A DNA stretch of 64,000 nt from Vicugna vicugna (GCA_013265495.1 MU058065.1:6262302-6326301), one strand, 5' to 3'; shown: positions 13,580-27,139, counted from the first letter of the stretch. The notes: generated by a model from the sequence alone, not told the origin. Program-made: numbers and translations.

Positions 13580-14830
13580 AACAAGATTTAAAAGGATCAA
13601 ACTGTTTCCAAGTAACTTAACTGTATCACAGAACAAAGTTCAAACACATTAAAGGAATAGAAAATAACTCAGGACCAACCCAACAAAGTAAAATTCAGTG
13701 CTTGGCTCTCAATCAAAGATTAGCTGACTTACAAAGAAGCAGAAAAACACACCTGTAAGGAGGAGAAAAATCAATTAATTGAACCAACCCACAACTGACA
13801 CAGATGTTAGGATTAGCAGACAAAGACATTAAAAATATGTATTCCATATGTTCACATGGAAGATAGTTTTTTAAATAACCAAATCAATCATCTAGAGATG
13901 AAACTACAATATGTGACATGAATAATACACTGAAAGGGATTAATGACACACTAGACACTGCAGAAGAAAAGATTAGTGACCTTGAAGACATAGACTGTGA
14001 TAAGTTTAAGATGTGTACTATAAACACTAAGCAGCCACTAAAATAACAAGCATGGGGCATGGGTATAGCTCAGTGGTAGAGCACATGCTTTGCATGCACA
14101 AGGACCTGGGTTCAATCCCTAGTACCACCACTAAAAATAAATGAATAATAAAAAATAAAAACAAAATAACAAGCAAAGAAGTATAGCTAACAAGTCAATG
14201 AAGCAAATAAAGCTGAATAACAAAAAAGTACTCAATCCAAAAGATGGCAGAAGAGAAAAAGGGAACAAAGAACAAATAGTACAAATCGAAGACAAAAGCA
14301 AGCAAGGTGACAACCAATCTAACCATGTCAAAAATCACATTAAATGCAATTGAATTAAATGGTTGTCAATTTGGATTAAAAAAGAAAAAGACTCACGTAT
14401 ATACCTCGTAAAATGAATATACTTTAAATATAAAGATGTGAATGGGTAAAAGTAAAAGGATAGAAAAAGATACTATGCTGGCACTAAAATAAAGCCAGAG
14501 TGGCTATAATAATGTCAAAGTAGATTTCAAAAATATATATAACCAAGAATAAGGAAGGTAATTTATAATGATAAAGGGGTCAATTCATCAAAAGAACATA
14601 ACAATCCTAAGTGTTCATGGACCTAAAAACAGAGCTCCAAGATTCACAATGTAAAAACTGACAAAACTGCAAGGAGTAACCCACAATTATATTCAGATTT
14701 CAAATAATTGACAGAACAAAACTTCATAAGGATATGGAAGATCTGAGCAGCACTATCACCTAACGTGACCTAATTAACACCTATAGAATGCTAACTCAAC
14801 AAAAGCAGCTTATACATTATTTTCAGTGGA
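13580..14830 (+). mobile_element. Old L1M ORF1/ORF2-endonuclease fragment (hosts the SINE)
   Basis: A-rich. Contains ORF1-like CTAGACACTGCAGAAGAAAAGATTAGTGACCTTGAAGAC and decayed endonuclease-region sequence. Confidence 0.65.
14053..14162 (+). mobile_element. tRNA-Ala-derived SINE (Vic-1-like, camelid) with 13-bp TSD
   Basis: A box TAGCTCAGTGG, B box GGTTCAATCC and an A-rich tail. Perfect TSD AAAATAACAAGCA at 14040-14052 and 14163-14175. Confidence 0.85.
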
Positions 14831-15868
14831 ACATGCAGGTCTGCAGCTGAGGAGAACCATCTAAAAAGGAAACAGACTTGAGAATCATTAACTTTAAAAT
14901 GGTAATTAAAGTCTTAGGAGAGTGTGGAGAGTGAGAAGAGAGGAGGGCCTATGACCACAGGATGGGTAAAGGAAGAAGAATCAGCAGAACAGACCGAGAA
15001 GCAGCCAAGTAAGAGAAGCAGGAGAGTGGATGTTATCAAGACCACATGGAGAGTGTTTCAAGCAGGGAATGATCCATAGTCAAGTCCGCATTTATTCATT
15101 CAACATCTCTGAACACCTGCTACATAGGAGGCACTGTGCTGGGGACACAAAGGGAAGAAAGAAAGCAGACTCAGACCCTACTCTCCTGGAGTTTACAGTC
15201 TAGAGGGGAAGACAAAGAAATCTCACCAATAAATTTTTAATTACAAGGATGGTTTTTGAGAGCATATATCAAAGGAATTCTATCTTCTTAAGAAGATACA
15301 TTTGAGCTAGGTCAAGATGAAAGGGCACTACAAAAAAGACCAAAAGCAACAAAAGAAAAAATAGATAAATCAGATTCATCAAAATTAAAAAATTTGTTCT
15401 TCAAAGGACACTGTCAAGAAAGTGAAAAAGACAGCCTGAGCAGAGGAGAAAATGTTTGTAAAAAGTATATCTGATGAAGGACTTCTATCTAGATACATAA
15501 GAACTCTTAAAACTCAATAATAAAAAGACAAATAATCCAATTTAAAAATTAACAGGGGATTTTAATAGACACTTATTCAAAGAGATATACAAATGGCTAT
15601 CAGCATCTGAAATTAAGTTCAAAATCATTTGCATTAAGGAATTGCAAATCAAAACCATAATGAGATACGACTTCACACTCAAAAGGGTGGTTATAATAAT
15701 TTTTCAAATGGAAAATAACACATGTTGGTGAGTGTATTAGATTCCTAAAGCTGCCATAAAGAAGTACTATATACTGAGTGGCTTAAATAACAGAAATTTA
15801 TTGTCCCACAGTTTTTGCGGTGTTAACAGATAAACAGAGGCATATTAAAATGTTTAAGAGTTTAGAAA

Positions 15869-16399
15869 CTTTTTCACGAAGATGGTGCCAAAAGCAAAGA
15901 AGGAAGCCCCTGCCCCTTCAAAAGCAGAAGCTAAAGCAAAGAGTTTGAAGGCCAAGAAAGCAGTGTTGAAAGCCATCACAGCCAAAAAAAGAAGATCCAA
16001 ACATCACCCATCTTCCAATGGCCCAAAACACTGCAGCTCGGGAGGCAGCCCAGATATCCTCGGAAGAACTTCCTGAGGAAAGACAAGCTTGACCACTATG
16101 CCATCATCAAGTTCCCCCTCACCACTAAGTCAGCCATGAAGAAGACAGAAGACAACAACACACTTGTGTTCATTGTGGGTGTCAAGGCGAACAAGCACCA
16201 GATCAAACAGACTGTGAAGGCTCTATGACATTGAGGTCGCTAAGGTCATCACGCCGATCAGGCCTGATGGAGAGAAGAAAGCCTATATTCGATTGGCTCC
16301 TGACTGTGGTGCTTTGAGTGTTGCCAACAAAATTGGGATCATCTAAACTGAGTCCAGCTGGCTAATTCTAAATATAAAGTTTTCACTATATAAAAAAAA
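15869..16399 (+). pseudogene. RPL23A: Processed RPL23A pseudogene
   Basis: Intronless. CTTTTT leader, ATG at 15882 ([12 protein letters not shown]...), then [14 protein letters not shown]...RPDGEKKAY...VANKIGII*, with TAA at 16344-16346. Frameshifts near 15977 and 16220. Followed by 3'UTR and an A-tail at 16392-16399. Confidence 0.95.
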
Positions 16400-16470
16400 T
16401 AGTGTATTTGAGCAAAAATTGATTTGACTAGGACAGCATCCAATCTAGCAGATAAAAAGGAGCTCCGAGG

Positions 16471-17263
16471 AGAAAAGGGAACCCTCCTACACTGTTGATG
16501 GGAATGTAAATTGGTGCAGACACTATGGAGAACAGTAAGGAGATTCCTTTAAAAACTAAAAATTGAGTTACCATATGATCCAGCAATCCTTCTCCTGGGC
16601 ATATATCCAGAAAACACAAAAAATTTGTCTCAAATTTGAAAAGATACATGCACCCCAGTGTTCGTAGCAACACTGTTTACAATAGTCAAGACATGGAAGT
16701 ATCCTAAATGTCTATCAACAGATGAATGGATAAAGATGTGGTGAGTGTGTGTGTGTGTATATACATACATACAGTGGAATGTTACTCAGCCATAAAAAAA
16801 AGTGAAGTAACACCATTTGAAGCAAAATGGATAGACCTAGAGATTATCCTATTAGGTGAACTAAGTCAGATAGAGAAAGACAAATATCATATGATATCAC
16901 TTATCTGTGGAATCTAAAAAAATGATGCAAATTAATTTATACAAGAAACAGAAACAGACTCACAGACAGAAAACAAACTCATGGTTACCAAAGGGGAAAA
17001 GAGAGGGAGGGATAAGTTAGGAATGTGAGATTAACAGATACACAATACTATATATAAAATAGATAAACAACAAAGACCTACTGTATGGCACAGGGAACTA
17101 CATTCAATATTTTGTAATAACCTGTAATGGAAAAGAATCTGAAAAAGAATATATCTATCTATGTATCTATCTATATTTACATATTTGAATCACTTTGCTG
17201 TATGCCTGAAAATAATACAACACTGTAAATCAACTAGATTTCAACAAAAGAAAAAGAAAAGGG
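16471..17263 (+). mobile_element. 5'-truncated L1 with 17-bp TSD
   Basis: L1 ORF2 end, 3'UTR and A-tail. TSD AAAAAGGAGCTCCGAGG (16454-16470) versus AAAAAGCAGCTCCAAGG (17264-17280). Confidence 0.9.
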
Positions 17264-19949
17264 AAAAAGCAGCTCCAAGGGAAAATGAAACACTTTTATA
17301 GGCAGAAGGGAGCAGGGACAAGGAAGTTATACTAGACAAAATGAGGACTGGTTATTGCAAGGTTACTTTCCTTTAGAGGATAACAGGGCTCTATCAGGCA
17401 GATCACCTAACTAGTGCTAATCAGGTCCTGACTGACTGGTTTAAAACTCCATTTTCAGGAGAGCCAAAACTGCAATTAAGATAAGTCTCAGTTTGGTGAT
17501 GTGGAGCTTAGCATAACTGACTCCATTTTGGGCCTGTTGTCTTATTTTTAAGAGAGGCTATAAGTCTGAGATCAAGGTGTCAGCAGGGCCATGTTCCCTC
17601 TACGGAAGAATCTGTTCCAAGCTTCTCTCCTAGATTCTGGTAGTTCCTTGTCTTGTGGTAGCATAACTCCAGTCTTCACATGGCATTCTCCCTGTGTGTG
17701 AGTCTCTATGTCCAGATTTCCCCTTTTTATAAAGGATATCAGTTATATTGGATTAGAGGCCCAACCTACTCCAATATGGCCTCATCCTAAGTAATTACAT
17801 CTGCAATGACACTATTTGTAAATAAGTTCACATTATGAGGTACATGGAGTTAGGACTTCAACATATGAATTTTGGAGGGACACAGTTTAACCCATAACAG
17901 GAAGGATGTGGAGAAACTGGAACCTTCATACTGAGCTGGTGGGAATGTAAAGTGGCTCAGCCACTTTGAAAAATAGTCTGGCAGTTTCTCAAAATGTTAA
18001 ACATAGAGTTACCATATGATCTAGCTGGCAATTTCACTCCTAGGTATATACCCAAGAAAATGAAAACATATGTTCATACAAAAAATTATACATAAATATT
18101 CATAGCAGCATTATTCATAATAGCCAAAAAATGGAAACAACCCAAATGTCTTTCAATTGATGAATGGATCAACAATATGTGGTATATCATACCATGGAAT
18201 ATTATTTGGCAATAAAAATAAATGAATTACTTAAACTTATACAATGTTATATGTCAATATATCTCAACTTTAAAAAAAGAATAAAAAAAATGAAATATTG
18301 ATACATGCCTCAGCATGGCAGCATGGATGAATCTTCAAAATGTTATGCTAAGTGAAAGAAGCCAGTCACAGAAGACCACATAATGTATGACTCCACTTAT
18401 AAGAAATGCACAGAATTGGCAATTTATAGAGACAGAAAGTAGATGGCTTGCCTAGGAGTGGGGAGATTTGTTGGGGTTGGGAGGTAGGGTGGAGGATGGG
18501 AAATGACTACTAATAGGTATAAGGTTTCTTTCTGGGGTGATGAAGACGTTCTAAAATTGAATTTGGTGATGGTTACATAACTCTGACTACTAAATTGAAC
18601 TATAGGCTTTAAATGGATTGATTTTATGGGATGTAAATTATATCTTGATAAGCTGTTTTTTTTTAGTTAATAAGTAAATAGAAATAAACTACTTACCATG
18701 GTGGGGGGGGGGGAAGGGGGAGAACATTCTACCTAAAAGCAATCACCAGAAGGTGAGTTCCAGAATGGTAGCGATTTTTGCCTGCTTTGATTGTTGTATC
18801 CCAGCACCAAAACTATATTTGGTAAATAGTAGGTATAAATAAAAGAGTGTATGTGTGTGTACACATATCATAGTGTGTGTGTGTTTGTGTGTATATAAAA
18901 TGGGTGAAGGAACATGTGCAAAAGTTTTGTATTAGGAAGGGTATGGCCCAGTGGAGAAACAAAAGATCAGTGTGTGTGACTGGTATGACACTGGAGAGGA
19001 CTGGATCCGACTATGTAGGTTGGAGATTTGGGTCTTAATCATAAAAGCAAAGGGGAGCCACTGAAAGATTTTAAGCAGAGGTGGACAGGATCTACATTTG
19101 AAAAGACCATTGTTAGCCAAGGAGAGTCAATTAAGATTAGGGCTGAAAAGTTAGATTTAGCAACAAAGAAGTTGTTAGTGACCTTGGACAAAAACCAGTC
19201 CAGGTGAAGAGGCAGGGTGACTAATTTTGGAAATTGGAAAGAAACTGGAGATGGCAAAATTATATTACACTTGGTAAAGCATCTCCCTATTCCAGTCTCC
19301 AGGGAAACAGACTAAGAATACACTTGGCTTGAGAAACAACAAAAGACATGTTTGCATGCATATTCACACACAGCCGGTTCACCAGTTGATTGTTTTTATT
19401 CAAGGACTCCACACTTACCCTGACACAGAGGGAGGACACATGGCTGCAGTTCTTCCGCTGGTTCTCTTCTACCAGATGCTGGCCTTCTTTCATTGTTGGG
19501 AGGGGTGGATGGGAGGACACAGACAAGCTCACCATCATCCAAGATTTGGAGGCACTTCAGAAACACAGCTTTTTCCCTTTTATCTTAGAGAGCCTCTCAT
19601 CTGGACTAAGCAGATACACTCAAGCCTCACTCATGGGAAGAGCTCACTTAAAATGCCCCCAAATGCCCAAGCAACTTCAGTGCTCCCAGACAGAAAAGTC
19701 GCAGTGGAAAGAAGCACCTGTCTTGACAGATATGGTTTAAAAAATCTTAGTTTTGCTAATTTTATAAAAACATGATCATATGAAAACGTTGCTAAGACGC
19801 CTTCCATGGCCAAGGAGGAGGCCTGGGCAAGCAGGGATCTGGAAGGTGAAGTTTCCTTAGTGGCCAGGCAAACCACTTCTGCGGCCACACACGCTCCTTA
19901 AAAGGCTAAGCCAAAGGGAGGGTTATTCAGGTTTAAGTGAGATGCAGCT

Positions 19950-20500
19950 GCCCGGGCTGAGCTCCGGGGAGGGATGGAGGGGCGTCTTCATAGTGGCTCC
20001 TGGCGCGTGGCCGGCCCACGGTAGCTGCCTAGTGAATGATGTGGGCACTTCTGGCCTAACCCCACGCCGAGATCTCTGCTGACCTTCCCTTCCAGCAGCC
20101 CTCGACCGTGTCCCAGAAAGGATAGCGACCTCCAGCCCACCATTCCCCTCCACAGGTCGCCGTCTCGGATTTCAAAAGGAGCGCGCTCCCTTCGGCCCGC
20201 CCCACCTCACTTCCGGCCTGGAAGCCGTTGGTCCCGCCAGGTCTCGCGATATCGCGTCTTCTCACCTGCCTGAGCCGACTCGGAAAGCCCCGCTGGCGGC
20301 TCTGCAGGCGCTGGCCTTTCTGGGCGGTGTTTGGGTTGCAGGCTCTTTGTCTTGCCGCTTTTCTAGCAGCACGAACGGGGCTATAAAGGCTCACTTAAGT
20401 CCACCGGGCCCTAATGGTTCATATCAGTAGGCGAGTGACAGGGAATCATCTTCAACCCTGTGTCCATATCTCACCGTGGCCCTGGTCGAGTTTCGCAAAA
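19950..20500. promoter_or_regulatory. Orphan CpG-rich promoter-like patch
   Basis: CpG-rich unique sequence inside a repeat-dense region. GC box, ETS motif CACTTCCGG at 20208-20216, TCTCGCGATA at 20242-20251. Confidence 0.6.
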
Positions 20501-23500
20501 ATATTGACTGCCTCTTCCAGGCACTCACTAGAACATGATGTTTTATCCTCTGTATAGATGGGGAAACTGAGGTTCAAAAGTTAAGGAGCCTGCTGAGGGT
20601 CACAGAAAAGGATGCGATCAAGATTCAAACCCGAACAGTCTGACTCCAAGTCTAAAGCCTCATTATCGTGGTAGAACAATTTGTGAACAGATCCCTCTTC
20701 CCGCTAGATTACTAGAGGAGAGTGTAGCTCGGTGAAAAGTGTCCAGCTTTGGATTTACACAGACTCAGGTTCATAGAAAAATCCAGACACTTTCTTACTG
20801 GTGACCTTGAGCAACTTGCTTAACCATTCTGAGACTCTTACTGATAGATGGGGATAATGATACTTCATGTGATTATTATATGTTCAGAGCTGACTCCCAA
20901 ATAAGCGATGGATGGAATGCTACTGCTGGAAGCTACTGCTATTAATAATTTTTTATCCCCTTACATGTTGTATGGTGTTCAATGTGTAGGAGGTACTTAA
21001 TAAACCATAAGTGAATGAAGTAGAAATGAAATAAGTCTGGCCAGATACTAGGCAGTCTTTACCTCCAGTTCACAACACGAGTCTCTTACCTGCTTACCTG
21101 ATGTGGCTACACTTCAAAGGGCTTAAAGTGGAAATGACTGCTTATCTTCCATTTCACCAACAGAGGTGTGTGTGTGTGTGTTTTACCTTGTTATTAAAGT
21201 AAGATACAGAAAATTGGACAAATCTTAAGTGCACTCAAGTTTTTATAAAATGAACAAACTAATGTAACTAGCCCCTTGATGAAGAAGCAAAACATTACTA
21301 GCTCTCGTGTTTCCTTCTAGTCACTTCTTCCCCTGCAGGGGTAACCACTACTCTGCTTTCTAACAGCATAAATTAGTTTTTCCTATTTTTGCATAGGATG
21401 CAATGGGAATCACATAGTATGTGCTCTTTTGTAACTTCTCAGATCTCCATGTCTCCTCTTTTCCAGTGGGAGTCTAGGAAACCCATTGGAATTGCCTTCC
21501 ACGTGGTCAGGTCTACTGCCTGATGCTACACATCACACCATCAGGGCTGGCCTCTCCTGCTCACTGCTCCTGGACCCCTGTACCTATGGCTCCCTACCAT
21601 GCCTCTCCATCTCTGAAGTAGAAAAGCATCTTCTGCTGCTTCTTCTCAGGTCTTTTGTAAGGGTACCCATGGTAGAGATATGTGTGCCTCTGGTAACCCC
21701 GATCTTTGCCATTATACCCCAGATCTTTCCTTCTCTACCAGGAAGGTTGGAGATGGGGATGTGCTGAACCACAAGATGGTCATGTCCAGCCTCACACCAT
21801 TCTGGATAACATTATTCCTTCTGCTCTGTTCAGTGCACCCCTTCCCTCTCCATCAAAACCCCTTTCTCACTCAGAGTGATGAGTTCTCAGGGCCTCTGCT
21901 CTTCTTCCCTGTGGTCTGGCATCCACCACAGTCCCTGGCCCACTAGACATGTCTGTTCATGCCCAAACCCCAGTTGTGGGCATGGCTTCATTCTCTTCCA
22001 AAGGATTCCTGATGTCATATAGGTTAAGTGACAAGGCTTACGGGTTCTGGATGCTCTGTCTCAAGAGGGCAGTGTTGCCTAACACCATGAGACAGCCCAG
22101 TCAAGAAGTCCCATTACACAGATATTATCATCAAACCCATGTTACATGTGAGGAGGGGAAGGCCCAAAGAAGTTTTAAGGATTTGTTCAAAACTGTAAAA
22201 GTTCATAAGTCACGAGAATTAGACTTTGGGAGTGCCATTTTGAAGCAGGCCTAGAAAGCTGGATATCTCTGAAGGCCACTATTCAATAAGACTGAAATGG
22301 ACCAGATGCATAGATGTTTTACATATTTTCTATCTAGTACTCAGAGCAACTCCAGGAGATAAGTGTTTTTATTTCCATACGGCAGATGCAGAAATTGGGT
22401 CCAGAGAATTTTGTCCAAAGTCACAGGGATAGTGAGACTAAACTGAGATTCAAGCCCTCTTCACCCATAGACTGACCCTCAAAGCTTGGTTCTTTCCTCT
22501 GCCCTGAGCCACACTAAGCAGAATGATTTTGACAAGTGCAGACGTGAGTGGGTACATGGGTAGGATAGGACAGTAGGGGAACATTCCAGAGAGAGCAAAA
22601 CATGTATCACAAAGGGGCTGCAACAGATGAGGACTAGCCAGGAATTTCTCTCTCACCACACAGCCTTTCCATGTGCCTTGCTTAGATTTCCTCATAACAT
22701 GGTTGTCTCACAGTAGACGGACCTCATACATTGTGGCTGGCTTCCCCCAGATTAAACATTCCAAGAGGCTGAGGCAGAAGCTGCAAGACTTCTTATGACC
22801 TGCCTTGGAAGTCATGTAGTGTCACTTCCACAGCATGCTATCCATGCAAATGAATCACAGGGCCAGCCCAGATTCAAGGAGAGGAGACAATACATAGGTG
22901 TGAGTATCAGGAAGTGTGGTTCAGTGGGGACCATATTTGGAGATCAGCTGCTACAAGGAGCTGAGGCAGAAAGGATCAGCTTGGGGACTGCATATAGTCC
23001 TGCTTCAGTGGAACATGGTGGGCAAGGGAGAAAAGCTGGAGGTAATGATTTGTGGCAGATGGTGGAGGGCTTCAGTGACATGCTCAGGAGCCTGTATGAG
23101 GGTACACATTGGGATATTGGGCTGCCCAGCATCTGAGCCAGTTTCCTGTGTCAGAGTATCCTCCTTAGCAGATGTCTTAGTGAGAGGCCACATACTTGCT
23201 TCCTTGCCCCTTGGCAGGATGGTCACATAAATGTGACCTCAAAATTATGTCAAATCAATGATCCCACTCAGGACTATGAATCTTTGGCAAGTAGCCCAAG
23301 GAAGCAGACGACTGTTCATGATTCATCCTAGAGGCAGCACCAGCCCGTTCCCAGGGTGGTGGTGGCTATGTGGGAAACAGCCCCTGAGCCCAGGGGAAGC
23401 AGCCTCTTAATCAGGCTGCTCCTGGGCAAGACCTGACTGAGGTTCTGTCTGCCTAGCTTCTCTTGATTCCTGCCTATTTCCTGAGTCTGGTGCTTGAGGC

Positions 23501-23619
23501 TTCCTGACAATTCTGTGAACTGCCCGATATCATGCCAGTAAATTCCTCTTCTACTTAAGTGAATTAGAGTCCATTTCTACTGTTTGCAATTAAGAATCCT
23601 AATTGGTACAAAGACCCGC

Positions 23620-25110
23620 TGAAAGCTTCAGCCAAAGGAAATGACATGATCAGAGCACTTTATGGGAGAGAAAAATAGAAAAATCTGATGGAGAGGGATT
23701 GAAGAGGGAGAAACAGGACGGAGAGAGATCAGCTGGGAGGCTGTTGTGACATTTGAGGCCTGTGATGAACTATGATACTGACAGTGCTGATGGAGTGGGA
23801 GAATGGGCAAGTTCTGGCCACTGATGAAATATGGAAAAGAAAAGAGAAGAGAAAGTCCAAATTGACAGGAGTTTTGAGCCATAGTAACTAGGAAAATGAT
23901 GTTACAAAGAGAAACAAGCAAGCCAAACAGAACTAGTTTGGAGGAGGAAATCATTCATTTTCTCATTTAACAAATCAAATGCCTGCTCCGTGCCAGGCAC
24001 TGTTCTAGGCATTGAGAAGCCAGGAGTGGACAAAACAAAATCTCAGTCCTTATATTAACAAAAAAAGACATGAGATAATGAAACCGCATTAATAAAGCTT
24101 TAATTTATGGTGCCACAGACACACAGGAAAGTATGGCTAGCTGGCAGCCAGAACTTCAAGAAAGATCCTAGGAAGGAAGGCTGGTCCTAAAAATGGATTG
24201 GTAGTCATTCCAAAGACATTCATTCATTCACTTACATTTATTGAGTACCTACTATGTACTCAATACCACTCTTGCAAAATACAGCAAATACAGATACAGA
24301 GAGAAAAACCGAGTCTCAGCTCTCATGGAGTTTCCATTATAGAATGCAGAGGCAGACAGTTAAAAAATACACAAATATGTAAAATGTGTGAAAAAATATA
24401 AAGTTATGGCAAGAGGAGTTCTGCTCTTTTAGATAGGCTGCTCTCTAAAGGACTCTCTTGGAAGGAGATGTTTGAGTGAAATCCTGAATGAAGGGAGGCA
24501 ACATCCATGTGGTTGTCTAGGGGAAATCTATTTCAGGCAGAGAGAATAATGAATGCAACGGTCCTCAGATTGCACAATTTGTTTTGTTCATAGAACTGCC
24601 AGGAAGTCAGTGTGGCTTTGGAAAAATGAATATGAGTGAGAGTAGAAGGAGGTGAGATGTAGGTGGTAGGAAGCCAGATCTTGTAGGTCCCCGTTAAGTC
24701 ATTATAAGTACTTTGTCTCTTGTTCTGAGTAAGATAGGAAAACTTTGGAGAATTTTGAGCATAAGAGGCACACTGCATAATTAATACTTTAAAAGGATCA
24801 CCCTGGCTGCTATATATAGAATAGACTGGGGGTGTGTAAGGGCAGAAGCAGGGAGAACAACTAGGAGACAACTTCAATCATTCAAGTCAAGAGACCACAG
24901 TGTCTTGCACCATGATAGTAATGATGGAGGAGGTGACATGTGATCAAGCTAGATAAAAACTGAAGGAGAACCAACAAGATCTGCTGATGGATTGGATGTG
25001 AGGTATCAGAGAAATAAAGGAGTCCAATCACTCCAGAGTTTTCAATAAGAAGAGCAATTGGCATTTACTGAAGAGAAAGAATTGAGAATTATATCTAAAG
25101 TTTCAAGAGA
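23620..25110 (-). mobile_element. L2 fragments
   Basis: (CATT)n L2 tail in reverse orientation, GTGCCAGGCACTGTTCTAGG, and TTTAAAAGGATCACCCTGGCTGCT. Confidence 0.6.
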
Positions 25111-27139
25111 GAGTAAAATTGATTTCAGCCTTCCTACCTGCCCACCTTTCTGAATAATTTGGCTGAAAAGCCATGATGTGGGGCCAAGCAAAGTAAAGCA
25201 TCCATGTGAAAGCAGAGTGGACATTGGACTGGCACAGGTTATCAAGGCCAAGATGGCACAAGATGATGTCTGCAAGAGGAGTAGAGGGGGCAGTAGCAGC
25301 AGTGGGGAATAGGTTACTTCGGGACTGACTCAACAAGAAGAGAGAAGAAACTTATACAAATAAATAAAGAGGGAGAAAAATAGAATAAATCCTGTGATGC
25401 TAGATGGGAATTGAAGTCTTGTGAGTGTATGGTTTTCTACATAGAGAGATCGATAAGTGATAGATACATAGCTCTGTGTGTGTTTAATCGTACATATATT
25501 TCCTAGCACTGTCCACTAAGAGGACTGAAAGCAGTGACAGCCCAAGAACAATCAGCACACCTGGCATCCAGATCTTGATTTCTAAATATCATTCTCCATG
25601 AAAAGAAACAAAGGTCCCTTGGAGAAATGGCTGATTACAGGACTTGAGCAGAGAAAGTATAAGATGAGCCTTGAACATCTTGTTGTGCCAGAAAGTAAGG
25701 AAGTACTCAAAGAATTGTGATGACAGAAGCCAGCTTGGCCACTGGCCAAATTTGGGAAATTCTAAGCATCAAAATAAATAATGAAGCAATGAGTAAAACA
25801 GTCACATCTGTAATATTGCTGCCAAAGATGCATATCCTGAATCTAACCATAAGGAAACAACAGACAAACCCAAATTGAGGGACATTTTACAATATAATAG
25901 GACTGTAGTCTTCTAAATCATCCTGGTTACAAAAGTAAAGGAAAGCTTAGGGACTGTCTCAGACTGAAGGAGACTGGAAAGACATGACAACGAAATGCAG
26001 TGAATAATTCTGGGTTTTCCCCCTTTTTTTCTCTTATTTTTTAAATTGAAGTATGGTTAACTTACAATATTGTATTAGTTTCAGGTGTACAGCAAAGTGA
26101 TTCAGATGAAAGTTCAATAAGATCTGGGAGTTAGGTAGTATTATTGTATCAGTGTTAATTTCCTGATTGTGAGCATTGTATTAGTTTATGTAGGGGAATA
26201 TACACTAGTACATACACTGGTATTAAGAGTGATGGGGCATTGTGTAGGCAACTTATCCTCAAGTGGTTCAGGGAGGAGGAAAGGTCTTTGTACTATTGTG
26301 ATTCTTCTGTTACATCAAATAAAAAGAAAAAAGACAAGGAAAGAGTGAATGGAATCCCTGAGGCATGAAGAATGAGAGCAGGACCAGGCAGTGAAACATC
26401 AAACACGTGGAACAAAGGGTTGAATATGTCTAAGGAGAAGACAGTTAATGATGTGTAGTGTTGCAAAGAGATGGAAGAGGATCACGACTGAGAAAAAGAT
26501 ATTAAACGTTAAGTTATTTTCTATACTGTTACTCGTAACAGCACCTTTACATATATGCAGTACAATGGAAAATAAATCAGCTATTCCATTCACAACAGTA
26601 CTGAATGTATATATGGATTTGAGCAGCCTTCTGACAACTTCTCAGGTTCCCTGGGCCCTGAAATTCAGAAGTTCGAAGCCTGCTTTCCCTACAAACCATT
26701 ATGATTTTAAGAAGAAAATCCCAATGACATAATTATATTAGCTCTTGTCAGGAGGCCAGGTCTCCCTAATTCCTAGTTTTAAAGTGTTTCTTAAATTTAA
26801 TGTATTTTAAGGATACAATTTGATGCTCACATTTTGGGCAGGAATATTCTGGATATGGAATTATTATTGTGCCCAAGCAATACATGTTCATTATAGATAA
26901 ATGAAAAATGTAGGTAGAGATAGATTTTAAACCACCTTTAATCCCATCATCCCAAAATAATTCCTGTTAGCATTTTGCTGCCTATTTTAGACTTTAAAAA
27001 TCCAAATCACATCTTTAACTCTTTGTTGCCATGAAGGAGGGATCCTTCCCTGTGCTATTTTGTATCTTGCACTCCCCTCCTAGATATAAAGCACTCAGTC
27101 TTAGTCCTTAAATATACTTCAAACCACCTCATTTTTAAG

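Larger units (their letters stand above)
15821..17553 (-). mobile_element. ERV-type solo LTR interrupted by the RPL23A retrocopy and an L1
   Basis: TGTTAA...TTAAGA near-inverted termini with 4-bp flanks GCGG/GAGG. Internal sequence is continuous across both inserts. Confidence 0.6.
15733..17899 (-). mobile_element. MaLR LTR (MLT1B/C-like) split by an ERV LTR (MLT parts 15733-15820 and 17554-17899)
   Basis: TGTATTAG...CCCATAACA termini. AGAAATTTATTGTCCCACAGTT resumes as GAGGCTATAAGTCTGAGATCAAGG. Confidence 0.75.
15330..18660 (+). mobile_element. L1M 3' element split by nested insertions (L1 parts 15330-15732 and 17900-18660)
   Basis: L1 sequence ...AATAACACATGTTGGTGAG resumes as GATGTGGAGAAACTGGAACC after the insert. 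Confidence 0.8.

Noticed and set aside
14054..14130. Apparent tRNA-Ala gene
   Set aside because: It has an A-rich tail, a perfect TSD, a degenerate acceptor stem and a second dispersed copy, so it is a SINE.
15882..16076. Functional RPL23A gene
   Set aside because: It is intronless, has two frameshifts and an A-tail, and sits inside an LTR.
19329..19888. ORFs of 85-148 aa next to the orphan promoter
   Set aside because: Most have non-ATG starts and none shows recognisable homology, so they are not supportable as CDS without conservation data.
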